Counted from the first letter of the stretch, positions 1 to 10,933 are shown. The stretch is DNA of 64,000 bases from Promethearchaeota archaeon (GCA_004524535.1 SDNY01000001.1:46354-110353); one strand, 5' to 3'. Made by a program: numbers and translations. Notes: generated by a model from the sequence alone, not told the origin.

Positions 1-356
1 CCTAAAGTTAATCCTCCACTATGAAGTGTTATCATCACTGTCAGAACAGTAGCTCTCCATCGATAATATTTCAGTGTCCATAAATCTGGTCTTGTAAGTA
101 GAAATATTGGACCAATTAAAATTAAACTTAATAATCCTATAAGAAAAGATGATATTGCAAAGAGAGAATACAATGTTGAATAGAACCCTCCTTTCTTGTA
201 AGACATCTGGTACAGTGCACTAGCTTTTGATGTATTTTGGGTGCTCTCAGGTCTTATTTGAGGAAATATAGAAGAGATTAGATTTTCTTTACCACAGTTA
301 TGGCAAAACTTCTGATTTGGATTATTTAATTCTGTACCACAATTAGCACAATACAT
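1..356 (-). CDS. Double zinc-ribbon membrane protein, runs off the left edge (paralog of 468..998)
   Basis: Hand translation from ATG at 356: MYCANCGTELNNPNQKFCHNCG...YSTLYSLFAISSFLIGLLSLILIG..., open to position 1. SD-like AGAGGTG just upstream. Not in the ORF track. Confidence 0.8.
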   Translation of the reverse strand, partial: MYCANCGTELNNPNQKFCHNCGKENLISSIFPQIRPESTQNTSKASALYQMSYKKGGFYSTLYSLFAISSFLIGLLSLILIGPIFLLTRPDLWTLKYYRWRATVLTVMITLHSGGLTL

Positions 357-467
357 ATTTGCACCTCTTTAATTGATTTTTGTAAAAAAAAAACCAATTA
401 AATCTTCAATTCCATATTAAAAAATTTCATATTTATACTAATAAATTTTGATGATATTATATATAAT

Positions 468-998
468 CTATAAAAAGAAACCTAGAACTATAAAGGCACC
501 GCCTAAAGATATACAATTTAAAACAATGCCAAAAATTAAAAAAACACTTCCGACCTTCTCTAAGGGATTGTTAGGTTCAAGTTCTATTGCTTTTTTACTA
601 AATACTTTTGATAAAATCCCTAATATTAATCCAACTCCATTAATTATCAGAATTACAATCCCTATTATAATTATTGTAGCAAAATCAATTCTATAATAAT
701 TACGAGAGATTAGAGATAATATTAAATAACTCAAAACGTTTGCACCTAAAATAAAGGTGATTACTACTAAAACAATAGAAACAATTGATAATACAAAACA
801 TTTAATTGAATAAGGCCCTGGTCTATCTTGATTAACAACTGGTTTTTCCATGCTAATTGTTTGTTTTGGTATTGCTGCTGGTATATATCTAGCTTGTACT
901 TGAGGTGCTCCAGAAGTTAATTTAATTCTATATCCACAGCTATAGCAGAAATTTTGATTAGAAGTTTTTATTTCTACGCCACAGTTAGGACAAAACAT
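468..998 (-). CDS. Double zinc-ribbon domain membrane protein
   Basis: N-terminal CPNCG...FCYSCG followed by about three hydrophobic helices. Confidence 0.8.
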   Translation of the reverse strand: MFCPNCGVEIKTSNQNFCYSCGYRIKLTSGAPQVQARYIPAAIPKQTISMEKPVVNQDRPGPYSIKCFVLSIVSIVLVVITFILGANVLSYLILSLISRNYYRIDFATIIIIGIVILIINGVGLILGILSKVFSKKAIELEPNNPLEKVGSVFLIFGIVLNCISLGGAFIVLGFFL

Positions 999-1113
999 AA
1001 TTTAATCTCTAAAATAATTTTTTATTATTCAAATTGGATTTAATTAATAATATAACTTTATATTTTTAAATTTTAATGTCAGATCAAAAATCTGGAGATA
1101 TTATTAAATAGTC

Positions 1114-2208
1114 TTAAAATTTCTTATCAACTTCTTCCTTTTCTGATTCAGTTAGTTGTCGCACTACTTTAGCGGGAGAACCAAAAGCAATTGAATATGG
1201 TGGAATATCCTCAGACACAACTGAATTAGATCCAATAATCGATCCTCGACCAATGGTAACACCAGGTAATACAAGTGAATAAGCACCAATTCTTGCATTT
1301 TCACACACTTTAATAGGTCCGAAACTGAAGCTTCCATGTTTTATATGCATTGCATTATGAGTTAATAGTTTTACACCAATCCCACATCCACTACCATCTT
1401 CAAATTCAATTAATTCAGGTAAAAGTGGATCAGGTATAGCCTTTTGAGAAATATGGCAATTTCTTCCGATTTTCATCCCTAAAAATCGAAATAATTTGTT
1501 TCTAGCACGTGGCCACCCAGCTAAATAGGTGACAAGTAAGGAGAATAAATGATTAAATGCACCCCTTACAAACCATGAAACAGAAAAACCCCTACTCTGT
1601 AGGTATTTTGCAATGATTAACATTGGGATAGGTGTGAAGAGATATTCATCAGTTTCAATATTAACATATGTTATTTTCCCCTTAACTTCAATTTCAAATT
1701 TAGGTCTTTTATGCTTCCAAATTTTTTTCGCTTTGTTCAAATCCTTCAAAAAGATATAGAAATCCACTATTACTATGATTAGGATTAAACTCAATACAAA
1801 ATTGATAGGTAAAAAGAGCAAACATAACATTAGCCTTGTATTAAGAGCTAGATTTTTATTAAATAATATACTAAAATGGGCATAATAAATTACAAAGAAG
1901 GTAACTACTACAAATCCTAGCAAACTGGAGACATATATTCGTGAACCAAACAATTGCTTTGATTTTGCGATGTTATATCCTAAAACATAAAATAGAAGAA
2001 AAACTGCATAAGCAATAATAACACCCCCATATATAAACATACTATATTCATAGAAAACAAATGATAACCCAAATACTATATAAATATAAATTTCATCCAT
2101 CCATGTAATTGAAAAGAATATTCGATGTATTACAAGCAGAATAACAAATATAACGTTGGAGAGTAACAATAGAAATGAAATAATAAATCCTTTCTTCATA
2201 TTTTCCAA
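1114..2208 (-). CDS. Membrane-anchored hexapeptide-repeat (left-handed beta-helix) O-acyltransferase
   Basis: About four N-terminal TM segments; C-terminal LbH repeats ARIGAYSLVLPGVTIGRGSIIGSNSVVSEDIPPYSIAFGSPAKVVR. Confidence 0.8.
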   Translation of the reverse strand: MENMKKGFIISFLLLLSNVIFVILLVIHRIFFSITWMDEIYIYIVFGLSFVFYEYSMFIYGGVIIAYAVFLLFYVLGYNIAKSKQLFGSRIYVSSLLGFVVVTFFVIYYAHFSILFNKNLALNTRLMLCLLFLPINFVLSLILIIVIVDFYIFLKDLNKAKKIWKHKRPKFEIEVKGKITYVNIETDEYLFTPIPMLIIAKYLQSRGFSVSWFVRGAFNHLFSLLVTYLAGWPRARNKLFRFLGMKIGRNCHISQKAIPDPLLPELIEFEDGSGCGIGVKLLTHNAMHIKHGSFSFGPIKVCENARIGAYSLVLPGVTIGRGSIIGSNSVVSEDIPPYSIAFGSPAKVVRQLTESEKEEVDKKF

Positions 2209-2286
2209 TATCTGATGATCGATTTAAATATTTTGTAGAATAATAAGAAATCATCTTCTAATAATAAATATATTTTTCATTCTCAC

Positions 2287-3036
2287 ATGATTAAACCTAA
2301 AATATCGGTAATAATTCCAACATACAACGAGGAGAATAATATAAAAGAGACCTTATTAGCCGTTAAAAAACAATTATGTGATTTTCCATATGAGATTATA
2401 GTCACCGATGGACAAAGCTCAGATAAAACAGTTTCTATAGCACAAAATTTTGCAAAAGTAATTATATCACCCCAAAAAGGTAAGGCATTTCAATTAAATT
2501 ATGCAACACCAAAAACATCAGGTGACTTACTACTTTTTTTAGATGCAGATACATTTATAGGACCCTTTTTTTTACAAAGAATTTACCGAATTTTTGAGAA
2601 ACACAAAAATCTTTTTGCTTGTAGTGCTAGATTTAAATATTACGATGGAATTGCTCTTGCTTTTAAATTAGGTTCCAAGAGGTTCACCATTACGAATTAT
2701 TTTTTTCTTAATATCAATATGCACTTATACTATTTTTTTAAAACCTTATTTGGATATCCTGAACTTTCAGGATCTAATATAATTGTGAGAAGAGATATCT
2801 TCTTTAAAGCGGGAGGATTTAAACAAACGCCAAGTTCATTGGGGATCGATAAAGTTTTTTCAGATTCTTTATTATATCTAATTAAAAAAATGAAAGCAGG
2901 AAAAGTTAGAACACTTAATTTTGTTTCAGTATTGACAAGCGGAAGACATTTAAATGTTCGTCGTAGTTTTAAACGTATTAGTCAATATCATTCAAAAAAA
3001 GATATTTATTATAAATTAGCAAAAGAAATAGGATAA
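2287..3036 (+). CDS. Glycosyltransferase family 2
   Basis: ISVIIPTYNEE, VTDGQSSDKT and LFLDAD (DxD) motifs. Confidence 0.9.
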   Translation: MIKPKISVIIPTYNEENNIKETLLAVKKQLCDFPYEIIVTDGQSSDKTVSIAQNFAKVIISPQKGKAFQLNYATPKTSGDLLLFLDADTFIGPFFLQRIYRIFEKHKNLFACSARFKYYDGIALAFKLGSKRFTITNYFFLNINMHLYYFFKTLFGYPELSGSNIIVRRDIFFKAGGFKQTPSSLGIDKVFSDSLLYLIKKMKAGKVRTLNFVSVLTSGRHLNVRRSFKRISQYHSKKDIYYKLAKEIG

Positions 3037-3079
3037 AATTATTAAAAGACCTTTTATCTTGATTATATTCTTATCATTT

Positions 3080-4270
3080 CTATAATTTAAATGCACTTGA
3101 ATTAAATAAAGAACTGCAACCTTTTCCAATTGAGGGGGTTAATCGTCCCATTATTCTAAAAATAGCACCTTCTCTACCGCATTCGGGACATTTATCCCAG
3201 TTTTCTACTTGAGCAAGATCATCTAATAATACAGCTACACCGGCATAATTATCTACTCCATAGGGTGTTATTAGTTCTAAAATTCCAGTCTCTCCTGTCT
3301 TTCTTATTGACTCTAAAGTATCTTTATCACGGATTACAATTCTACCTTTGTTTTTGTCAACATGGAGTATAAAATCGTTATATTTTTTTGACCAATGACC
3401 TCCACATGCTAATGGACTTTCAGTAGCAGCAAAATTATCACAGAATTTGTCCGGCGTAATATTGAACATATCACACATTTTTTCAATAAATTCTGGTTTT
3501 TCAACCTGATATCCAATTATAACTCGACCTTTGGTTCCATCCCAACCTCCACCTCCAGTAATAATATTAAAATGACCACTCATATCGAAGGTTCTTTTTT
3601 CTTTTTCATAATAATCACTTAAGACTCTATGCATCCATATCGGAGAATTGGCCATAATTGTTGGAATTTTATTCTTCTCTACCCGATTGAGTTCTTTTTT
3701 TAAATCTTTACCACTAATCCCAATAGCAGCTCTCATTTTACCTGTTTTAAAAAAATTCTTGAGTGTATGACCCAAAAAGAATTGTAATAAAAAGCTAACA
3801 TGCTTTCCCTCCCATATATCAACAACAGCCTTATACAAAAGATATGCGTTCTTTTCATAGAATTTGTGTCTTATTGAGTTAATCATATATAATTTTGGGG
3901 CAAACAGAATTAAATTGTTGATTTTGTCTTTGATTGAAAATGAATTAAAAACATCATTATAATTTGTTTTTAAAACTTCAAGATCGCTTTCAAGTCTACC
4001 AACAACACTAGGATCTCCTGAAGTTGAGGAAGATTCCAACCAAAAGTCCAATTTTTCGAAAGTGTTCCCTCGTAATAATTCTTTAAATTTGTCATTAGAT
4101 TTTTTGAAATACACCCACGGTATATATGGTATTTCACCAAGATTAGATTCATTTAAAATCGTATTGAAATCATATTCAACTTCATTACAACGGTCCTTAT
4201 ATATCTTACAATCCTTTGCAGTTTCCTTTACAATATTTGATAAATCTTCATAAAATCCGTTTGAACTCAT
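3080..4270 (-). CDS. LuxE-like acyl-protein synthetase (ANL superfamily)
   Basis: SSSTSGDPS P-loop-like motif, TGGGGW, LLDDLA, and C-terminal GRL...KGCS acylation-Cys motif typical of LuxE. Confidence 0.7.
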   Translation of the reverse strand: MSSNGFYEDLSNIVKETAKDCKIYKDRCNEVEYDFNTILNESNLGEIPYIPWVYFKKSNDKFKELLRGNTFEKLDFWLESSSTSGDPSVVGRLESDLEVLKTNYNDVFNSFSIKDKINNLILFAPKLYMINSIRHKFYEKNAYLLYKAVVDIWEGKHVSFLLQFFLGHTLKNFFKTGKMRAAIGISGKDLKKELNRVEKNKIPTIMANSPIWMHRVLSDYYEKEKRTFDMSGHFNIITGGGGWDGTKGRVIIGYQVEKPEFIEKMCDMFNITPDKFCDNFAATESPLACGGHWSKKYNDFILHVDKNKGRIVIRDKDTLESIRKTGETGILELITPYGVDNYAGVAVLLDDLAQVENWDKCPECGREGAIFRIMGRLTPSIGKGCSSLFNSSAFKL

Positions 4271-4373
4271 TGAAATACCTCTTTTAATACAAAAATATAC
4301 TTTATTAAGTGTATTTGTTATTTAATTTTTTGCTTGTTCTTAAATAAAATGTAGATTTTCTGAACTCACCATA

Positions 4374-5093
4374 TTAAACCTTGCTATGAATCCAGTCTAA
4401 TATTTCTTCAACTTGCTTTCCCTCGAAACTATGTCCTCCATCTTTAATGAGTAAGTATCGATCCTTACTTAAATTGTATTTTTCTATTAATTTTTTTCCA
4501 GTTTTTTCGAATGGTACGTATACGTCCTTCATTCCATGAATAATGAATACCTTTTTTATGATCTCGTCATTTAAATGATATTTAGGCATGAGAAGTGTTT
4601 TTCCCTTCGTGACAAACCCTATAAATTTTTTGAACCAATAAGGTGCACTTAATTGTTCCTTAATTTTGCCTAAAATCCCTTTCCCTATTGATACTAAAGA
4701 TTGGTTTTGTTTCTTTTTTCCTTCTTCCTCCAAAAAATCTTCAATTGAATACAATGAAGACATGGCAAAAACTAAATCAACTTTTGGATTTTGTATTCCA
4801 ATTGTTAAGGATGCTACGGCACCCATACTATGACCAATTAAGATTACCCGATCTGGCCCTTTGTCTCTCTCCTCCATTTTGCTGATTGCTACATCAATTA
4901 CATATTGAATATCACGGATTTGACTTTCAAGGTCTAATTGTGAACCTTTACTTTTACCAATCCCTCTCAGATCATAAGAAAATGTCGAATATCCGTATTT
5001 TTCCTCTAACGGCTCACAATATTTTTCCGCATCGACAGTGTTGCCCCTTGATCCTGGAGCATAAATAATTAAATCTCTACCACAACCTGCCAT
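4374..5093 (-). CDS. Alpha/beta hydrolase (lysophospholipase/thioesterase-like); true N-terminus probably further upstream
   Basis: YDLRGIGKS, GHSMG nucleophile elbow, HGMKDVYVP, GGHSF. Confidence 0.85.
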   Translation of the reverse strand: MAGCGRDLIIYAPGSRGNTVDAEKYCEPLEEKYGYSTFSYDLRGIGKSKGSQLDLESQIRDIQYVIDVAISKMEERDKGPDRVILIGHSMGAVASLTIGIQNPKVDLVFAMSSLYSIEDFLEEEGKKKQNQSLVSIGKGILGKIKEQLSAPYWFKKFIGFVTKGKTLLMPKYHLNDEIIKKVFIIHGMKDVYVPFEKTGKKLIEKYNLSKDRYLLIKDGGHSFEGKQVEEILDWIHSKV

Positions 5094-5325
5094 CCGACCA
5101 TGTAATAGGGTTCCATCTTTAGTTTTAAAAAAAATGTTATTTTCACCTAAATTCTTTCAATTCTATAAATTTTTAAAACTTTCTGATTTTTCAGCACTTT
5201 CAATTTATAGTGTTACACTTATTAATGATTTAGTCAAGATTAAAAAATTATTTAAGATTCCAAAAAAGAATGCATAATATCATTACATAAAAAATACTTT
5301 AAATACGAATAAGTTCATCAAAATA

Positions 5326-6363
5326 ATGAATGTAGCCATAGTTCGAGATTGGATTTTTCAAATATTCAGATTTATCATAAAAAGCAAATTCTTAAATGAA
5401 AATCCTATAAAATACGATATTCTTCGGAAATTATTGTCCTACAGGATTACTAAAACACCAATTTCAATAATGGTGGAACCTATATGCCAATGCAATTTGA
5501 AATGTCCATTATGTACGACGCCCCATAAATATATGACAAGAGAAAAAGGGATGATGAGAATGGAAACATTTCAAAAATTACTTGATGATACATACAGATT
5601 TGTGTTGCATTATGATTTTGATTTTGCAGGAGAGCCATTTCTTCATCCTCAACTTTTCAAAATGGTTCGACTCGCTTCGGATCGAGGGGTCTTCACAATT
5701 GTTGATTCAAATGGGACTCTAATTAATGATAGAAGAATTAATGAAATATTAGATTCGCGTCTAAATGTGCTTGCTGTAAACATTGATAATGCTAATCAAA
5801 GAACTTTCGAAGAATTTCGATTAGGAGCAGATTTCAATAAAACCATAGAACAGATTAAAAGATTATGTGAGAGAAAAAAAGAAGAGAAATTAACTTTTCC
5901 ATTCATAATTGCAGAGATTATTGTTAGCCGAGAAAATGAAAGAGAACTTCAAATTATTAATAATTTGGCCTTGAATGAGATTGGAGTTGATGCTGTGTTC
6001 TATAAAAGCATCTGCTTTCCACTACATTCAGATGGTTTTAGAAGAGATAATCCCGTTCAAGAGTTGGTAGATAAATATCTTCCGATAATAGAAAAAGTAA
6101 AAAAACGTTATAATATTGTCAATGGGGAATTAAAACTCAAAAATCCAACGTTTGAATGTAATTGGCGGAAAAAATCTCTAGTCTTATGGGATGGAAGAGT
6201 TTCAGTATGTTGTTACGATTATGATGGACAATATACTTTTGGAAACGTGAATGAAGACCACTTTCTTGATATTTGGAATTCCCCTAAATATCGATATTAC
6301 CGAGAAAAACTAATTTATAATAAAAAGCTTGCACTATGTAGAAGGTGTGCTTATAGCTTTTAA
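5326..6363 (+). CDS. Radical SAM protein with SPASM/twitch domain
   Basis: CNLKCPLC, AGEPFLHP, C-terminal C...WDGRVSVCCYD...GN...IWNS...CRRC. Confidence 0.9.
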   Translation: MNVAIVRDWIFQIFRFIIKSKFLNENPIKYDILRKLLSYRITKTPISIMVEPICQCNLKCPLCTTPHKYMTREKGMMRMETFQKLLDDTYRFVLHYDFDFAGEPFLHPQLFKMVRLASDRGVFTIVDSNGTLINDRRINEILDSRLNVLAVNIDNANQRTFEEFRLGADFNKTIEQIKRLCERKKEEKLTFPFIIAEIIVSRENERELQIINNLALNEIGVDAVFYKSICFPLHSDGFRRDNPVQELVDKYLPIIEKVKKRYNIVNGELKLKNPTFECNWRKKSLVLWDGRVSVCCYDYDGQYTFGNVNEDHFLDIWNSPKYRYYREKLIYNKKLALCRRCAYSF

Positions 6364-6375
6364 ATAGGCTCTCAA

Positions 6376-8241
6376 TTAAATTTCCCATGTTTTAAAAAAG
6401 TTTGATATTGTATCACATGATAATTTTTGTGTATTATCGAGTTTTACTAATCCAAAACCTTTTTCTATATGGTCACTCCATTCATGAATAATCAAACCAT
6501 TAACAAAAATATCTTTTTTCAACAATTTAAAAACTTCAGCGAATCCGTTCGCTTGTGCTGATTCATCATATTTAAAACTGTTAAAATCTTCATGATATTG
6601 CACTGGCATTGGCCCCACTCGAATCGTATTTGAGACCGTTTGAAATCCCAATTCGGAGATGATTACAGGTTTTTTAAAAGTCTTAAGATATTGAATGGTT
6701 TGTTTAAACGGTAAAGCTGCGCGGCTTGCGGGACTACCTTTTAATACTTTAAGTATTAGCTTTGGGACATCTTGAATAAACTCTACAAATAAATCACTGA
6801 AATAAAGGTTGCAACAAATAACATCAAAATGCTTCCAAGGAACATGGCGAACTTCCCATGAGCCAGAAGCATATGAAACCATTCCACTAAAGTGATCCCT
6901 CACTTTTTTAGATAATTTTTCTAAATATCCTTTGATTCTATGTTCTTCTTTTCCAATTTTGCTCAATTTGGCAAGACGGGAGGTGCCTATGCCCGGAATC
7001 ATTTCTAAAAATGATGGTGTAAATTGCCTAAAAAAGTCCTGATTAAATCGTTCTATATGACCTGATTTATCATCACTCAATTCTAAAGTGAGTTCATTTC
7101 CAATGCAAAAGATATCGACATCCGCCGTTTGCGCTCTCTGTGAATGATCCAAGCAAAAATCTTCGAATTCTTCAAATGTAAGTGAATGATCTAGCTTGGG
7201 TTTGTCAATTCCTTCAGGATAGACATATTTTGGATTTAATATGACATTAAGACCGAGTTCTTTTGCTACAGACGCAAACTCATATGATTGGGTTTTTGGC
7301 CCCATAGCATCAAGTCTAATAGTGTTAATGTTCATTGTTTGGATTAACTTTTGGAGTTCAGATTTAAATTCATATGGTGTTTTTGGATTCCACCCCAAAG
7401 ATTCGTGCTGAAAATGTATTCCTTTAAAGAGCCCATAAATACCCGCAAACGCATTAATCCTTTTTAATCCCTTTTTAAATAAGATATCAAAAAATCCTGG
7501 GAGCATATGAAAAGGTCTGGCACTCCAACCCATTAATTCTAAAATAGTGATCTTTTTCTGCTTCATTGCTCCTAATACTTCATCAATATCATGAACATCG
7601 TCAATATCAGGACCAATTAAATTGAAATATCGACCGATTTGATAAACGCTATGAGCATCATCTGCTCCTAAAACGAACATTTGTGGTCTCAGTTTTATAA
7701 GGGCAGAACACATATTGTTAAGGAAGGGGGGTAAGTCAGCATGAAAAACTTCGATTCCATCAAAGTTTAAATTCTTTATTTGCGCTTTTTTCAATCCCCC
7801 GAAGGTTCTGAAAATTCCTTCTCCTGGGTGGAATGGGTGGGCAATAACTGATACTCCACCTTGATCGTGAATAATCTCATTAATTTGTGTGATTGGGAGT
7901 TTTTCTCCCTCCTTGACTTTAATTTCAGATTGTAGTCCATATGCAAGTATATCACCATGTTGACTGTCAACTTCTTCACTAATTATATAGCCACACTCGG
8001 GATATTTCTCTTGAATATAAGATTTTGCATGATTCGCTACTCGAATATTGTTATGATCCGTTAATGCTATAAGATTTACACCTACTTTAACAAGGGCATC
8101 AATTACATTGCGGTAGTCATCACCATCTGAAAAATTAGTATGATTATGTGATGCAAAAACGATATATCCCTCGTTTTTAAAGTGTTCCAGCTCTTTTTTA
8201 GAAACCCTCTTAACTTCAGGTAATATATTTTCAGAATCCAA
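6376..8241 (-). CDS. PHP-domain phosphoesterase fused to a clan-A-like glycoside hydrolase TIM barrel
   Basis: HNHTNFSDG, LTDHN, IAHPFH, GADDAH (PHP); second half IGNEL (acid/base) and IISELG (nucleophile). Confidence 0.7.
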   Translation of the reverse strand: MDSENILPEVKRVSKKELEHFKNEGYIVFASHNHTNFSDGDDYRNVIDALVKVGVNLIALTDHNNIRVANHAKSYIQEKYPECGYIISEEVDSQHGDILAYGLQSEIKVKEGEKLPITQINEIIHDQGGVSVIAHPFHPGEGIFRTFGGLKKAQIKNLNFDGIEVFHADLPPFLNNMCSALIKLRPQMFVLGADDAHSVYQIGRYFNLIGPDIDDVHDIDEVLGAMKQKKITILELMGWSARPFHMLPGFFDILFKKGLKRINAFAGIYGLFKGIHFQHESLGWNPKTPYEFKSELQKLIQTMNINTIRLDAMGPKTQSYEFASVAKELGLNVILNPKYVYPEGIDKPKLDHSLTFEEFEDFCLDHSQRAQTADVDIFCIGNELTLELSDDKSGHIERFNQDFFRQFTPSFLEMIPGIGTSRLAKLSKIGKEEHRIKGYLEKLSKKVRDHFSGMVSYASGSWEVRHVPWKHFDVICCNLYFSDLFVEFIQDVPKLILKVLKGSPASRAALPFKQTIQYLKTFKKPVIISELGFQTVSNTIRVGPMPVQYHEDFNSFKYDESAQANGFAEVFKLLKKDIFVNGLIIHEWSDHIEKGFGLVKLDNTQKLSCDTISNFFKTWEI

Positions 8242-8452
8242 TTTTTATCTAACCTTATATTGATTAAAATAGATCCATCTTTAGCTTGTATTTACACTAA
8301 ACAAATTTATTTAGAGCTAATACATAGAAGCAAGATTTCTCATTAAATTATTAGATTATATAATTAAAAGTGTGTTTTAAGTGATTCTTTTAATAAAACT
8401 TAATAAAAATGAAAATAGTTTAATTTATATCTTAAATACGGCTGCTATAGTA

Positions 8453-9205
8453 ATGAAGATTGCTCTGACTTTTGATATTGAAAGAGATATTCCCAACGTT
8501 TTAGATATGTATATCGGAGCAAAAGTTGGATTGTTGAAAATACTAGAAATATTAGAAAAATTCACAATTAAAGGGACTTTTTTTTGTACTGGAAATGTAG
8601 TTGAGAAAATACCTGAGTATATAAAATTAATAGAGCGAAAAGGTCATGAAATTGCATGTCATAGCTTTAACCATGAAAGATTAAACCATTTAAATTTTAA
8701 AAAGTGTCAAGAAATAATTTATCAGAATAAAAAGATAATTGAGAGTATCTGTCAAAAATCAAAAATTGTTGGTTTTCGAGCCCCTCATTTAAAACCTCCA
8801 AAATTTCTATTCAAAGTATTAAATAATTTAGGATTCAAATATGATTCTTCAATTAAAACCCCAAAGAAATTGATTTATTTCCAAAAAGAAAAATATCAAA
8901 TTCAAGAATTTCATCCTTCAAATCTGAACATTCTTTTTAGATTACCTATGGGTTCTTCTTTTTTAAGAAAATGGACATATCGAAATGAATTAGTTGTATT
9001 ATGTTTTCATCCATGGGAAGCAATAGATGTAAAATCTTTATTTTTTAATAATAAAAACTTATTGGATATCATTAAAAATATTATTTTTAGACCAGATCGG
9101 GTAGGAAATACAGGAGATGTGTTTATTAGCAGAATTGAAAACTTTATAGAGGAATCTCTATCCAAAGAAGCCGAATTTGTTAGTTTAAACCAATTATTAA
9201 TGTAA
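8453..9205 (+). CDS. Polysaccharide deacetylase (CE4/NodB); start probably ATG 8453 rather than 8381
   Basis: ALTFDIE, GTFF, GHEIACHSFNH, GFRAP, YDSS, FHPWE. Confidence 0.85.
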   Translation: MKIALTFDIERDIPNVLDMYIGAKVGLLKILEILEKFTIKGTFFCTGNVVEKIPEYIKLIERKGHEIACHSFNHERLNHLNFKKCQEIIYQNKKIIESICQKSKIVGFRAPHLKPPKFLFKVLNNLGFKYDSSIKTPKKLIYFQKEKYQIQEFHPSNLNILFRLPMGSSFLRKWTYRNELVVLCFHPWEAIDVKSLFFNNKNLLDIIKNIIFRPDRVGNTGDVFISRIENFIEESLSKEAEFVSLNQLLM

Positions 9206-9233
9206 AGAGTTTGATTAATTAATTTTAATTTTT

Positions 9234-10694
9234 TTAATCAGTAAATCTCCCAAAACCAGACATTTTAAGATGTCTAAACTGCATAATCGCTGTCATTGCT
9301 TTTTTCGTATGTACAAGAAAATTTAGAGCAAGTTTTCGTTTGTATGGGCTTAGTAGCATGCTAGGAAGAAATCTTATATTTCTGAACGATATATGTTGCC
9401 TATATGCTTGTCTTATCAAACCTAGTATGATATTTCTCTGTGATTCCGTGTGAGTTAAATCCATAACTCTTATAGAATTTTCCCAGTATTTATTTTCATC
9501 AATAAGCCCTTGTCCAACTAAGTCATCCCACATTGGGATTCCAGGCCAAGCCTCAACAACATTCAGAAAGAAAAAATCCAATCCTGAATTCAAAGCAAAT
9601 CTAATAGTGTTTTGACACTCGGATATTTTTTCAGATGGAGCACCTACCATAAATAAACCAATAACAAAATCAATTTTTGCCTTTTTTGCTATTTGAATAG
9701 CTCTAAGTGATTGGTTAGGTGATATCTTTTTATTATAATAATCTAGAATTCTTTGGTTAGCACTCTCGATTCCAAAACTAACAGATTTACAACCAGAAAA
9801 TGCCATTTGTTCAAAAAATTCCCTTGAAACATTATCTACTCTCATTTCAGCATGCCAATTAACATCTAGATTTTCTTTTCTTAATAATCTACAAAATTTT
9901 AACACATTCTTAAGATTCAACGAGAAATTATCATCTACAAATGCTATCTCCGAATAACCTTGTGAAGCTAAATAAGAGAATTCCTCAACCAAACGCTCAG
10001 GAGACTTGGATCGGTATCTATTGTTTGAGAATTTAGCAACAGCGCAATACGCACAACCATAAGGACAGCCTCGGGTAAAAAAAGTTGTGGCAAGTTTTGA
10101 GTCCATCAATTCTATACCAGCTAAATTCTGATGATATTGTATTTTAAGAAGTGAACGATCTGGAAAAGGTAAATCATCTAAATTTTTATTTACTGGACAA
10201 TTTTGATTATGTTTAATTTTACCATTAACCCGATAACTTATCCCCAATATATCAGTAGGTTCATGCTTGGGTTCATTTTCAAGAAAATTAATTAAATTAG
10301 ATAAAATATATTCATTTTCCCCTTTTACACAGTAATCTACAATGTGAGAATACTTTTCTAAAATTTTGTCAGCACATATTGTTGGATGATAATGTCCTAA
10401 AATAATTTTAATATTTGGATTCCATCTTTTAACCATCTCAGATATTTTAATTGAAGATAAAAATCCAACAGTAAAGGCAGTAATTCCAATAACTTCGGGA
10501 TCAAATCTTTTTATCCAATTTAAAAGGGCTTCAAAACTGAACCCATTAGATGCCTGATCCAATAATCTAACTATATGGCCTTGTTCTTTTAAAATTGTCC
10601 CTATTAATGTAATCCCTAATGGTGGCCATTTTTGTCCATAAAATTGTTCTTTTTCCTCTAAAATTGGACTAGGATTGATTAGAGCTACTCTCAA
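9234..10694 (-). CDS. Cobalamin-binding radical SAM protein
   Basis: N-terminal PPLG B12-binding domain; RGCPYGCAYC; VDDNF; GIES. Confidence 0.9.
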   Translation of the reverse strand: MRVALINPSPILEEKEQFYGQKWPPLGITLIGTILKEQGHIVRLLDQASNGFSFEALLNWIKRFDPEVIGITAFTVGFLSSIKISEMVKRWNPNIKIILGHYHPTICADKILEKYSHIVDYCVKGENEYILSNLINFLENEPKHEPTDILGISYRVNGKIKHNQNCPVNKNLDDLPFPDRSLLKIQYHQNLAGIELMDSKLATTFFTRGCPYGCAYCAVAKFSNNRYRSKSPERLVEEFSYLASQGYSEIAFVDDNFSLNLKNVLKFCRLLRKENLDVNWHAEMRVDNVSREFFEQMAFSGCKSVSFGIESANQRILDYYNKKISPNQSLRAIQIAKKAKIDFVIGLFMVGAPSEKISECQNTIRFALNSGLDFFFLNVVEAWPGIPMWDDLVGQGLIDENKYWENSIRVMDLTHTESQRNIILGLIRQAYRQHISFRNIRFLPSMLLSPYKRKLALNFLVHTKKAMTAIMQFRHLKMSGFGRFTD

Positions 10695-10933
10695 GTTATT
10701 TAGTCTCTAGAATTAATTCTTTGTTAACATTGTATTTTAATATGATGTAAAGATATTAATAACTTTTTTTCCTTGATTTTAAATCATAATTAGAAATAAG
10801 TGATCAGATAATGAAAAAACTTTTAATATAAGTTCAATCAACAATATATATTGAATTATTTTAATAAATAATACAAAAATCCAATTATTAAGAAATCAAA
10901 AGGAGGAAGATTGAGTTAAGTGAATTATCATCA

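Noticed and set aside
3080-4270. Bioluminescence operon
   Set aside because: No luxA/luxB/luxC. LuxE homologs occur widely outside luminescence.
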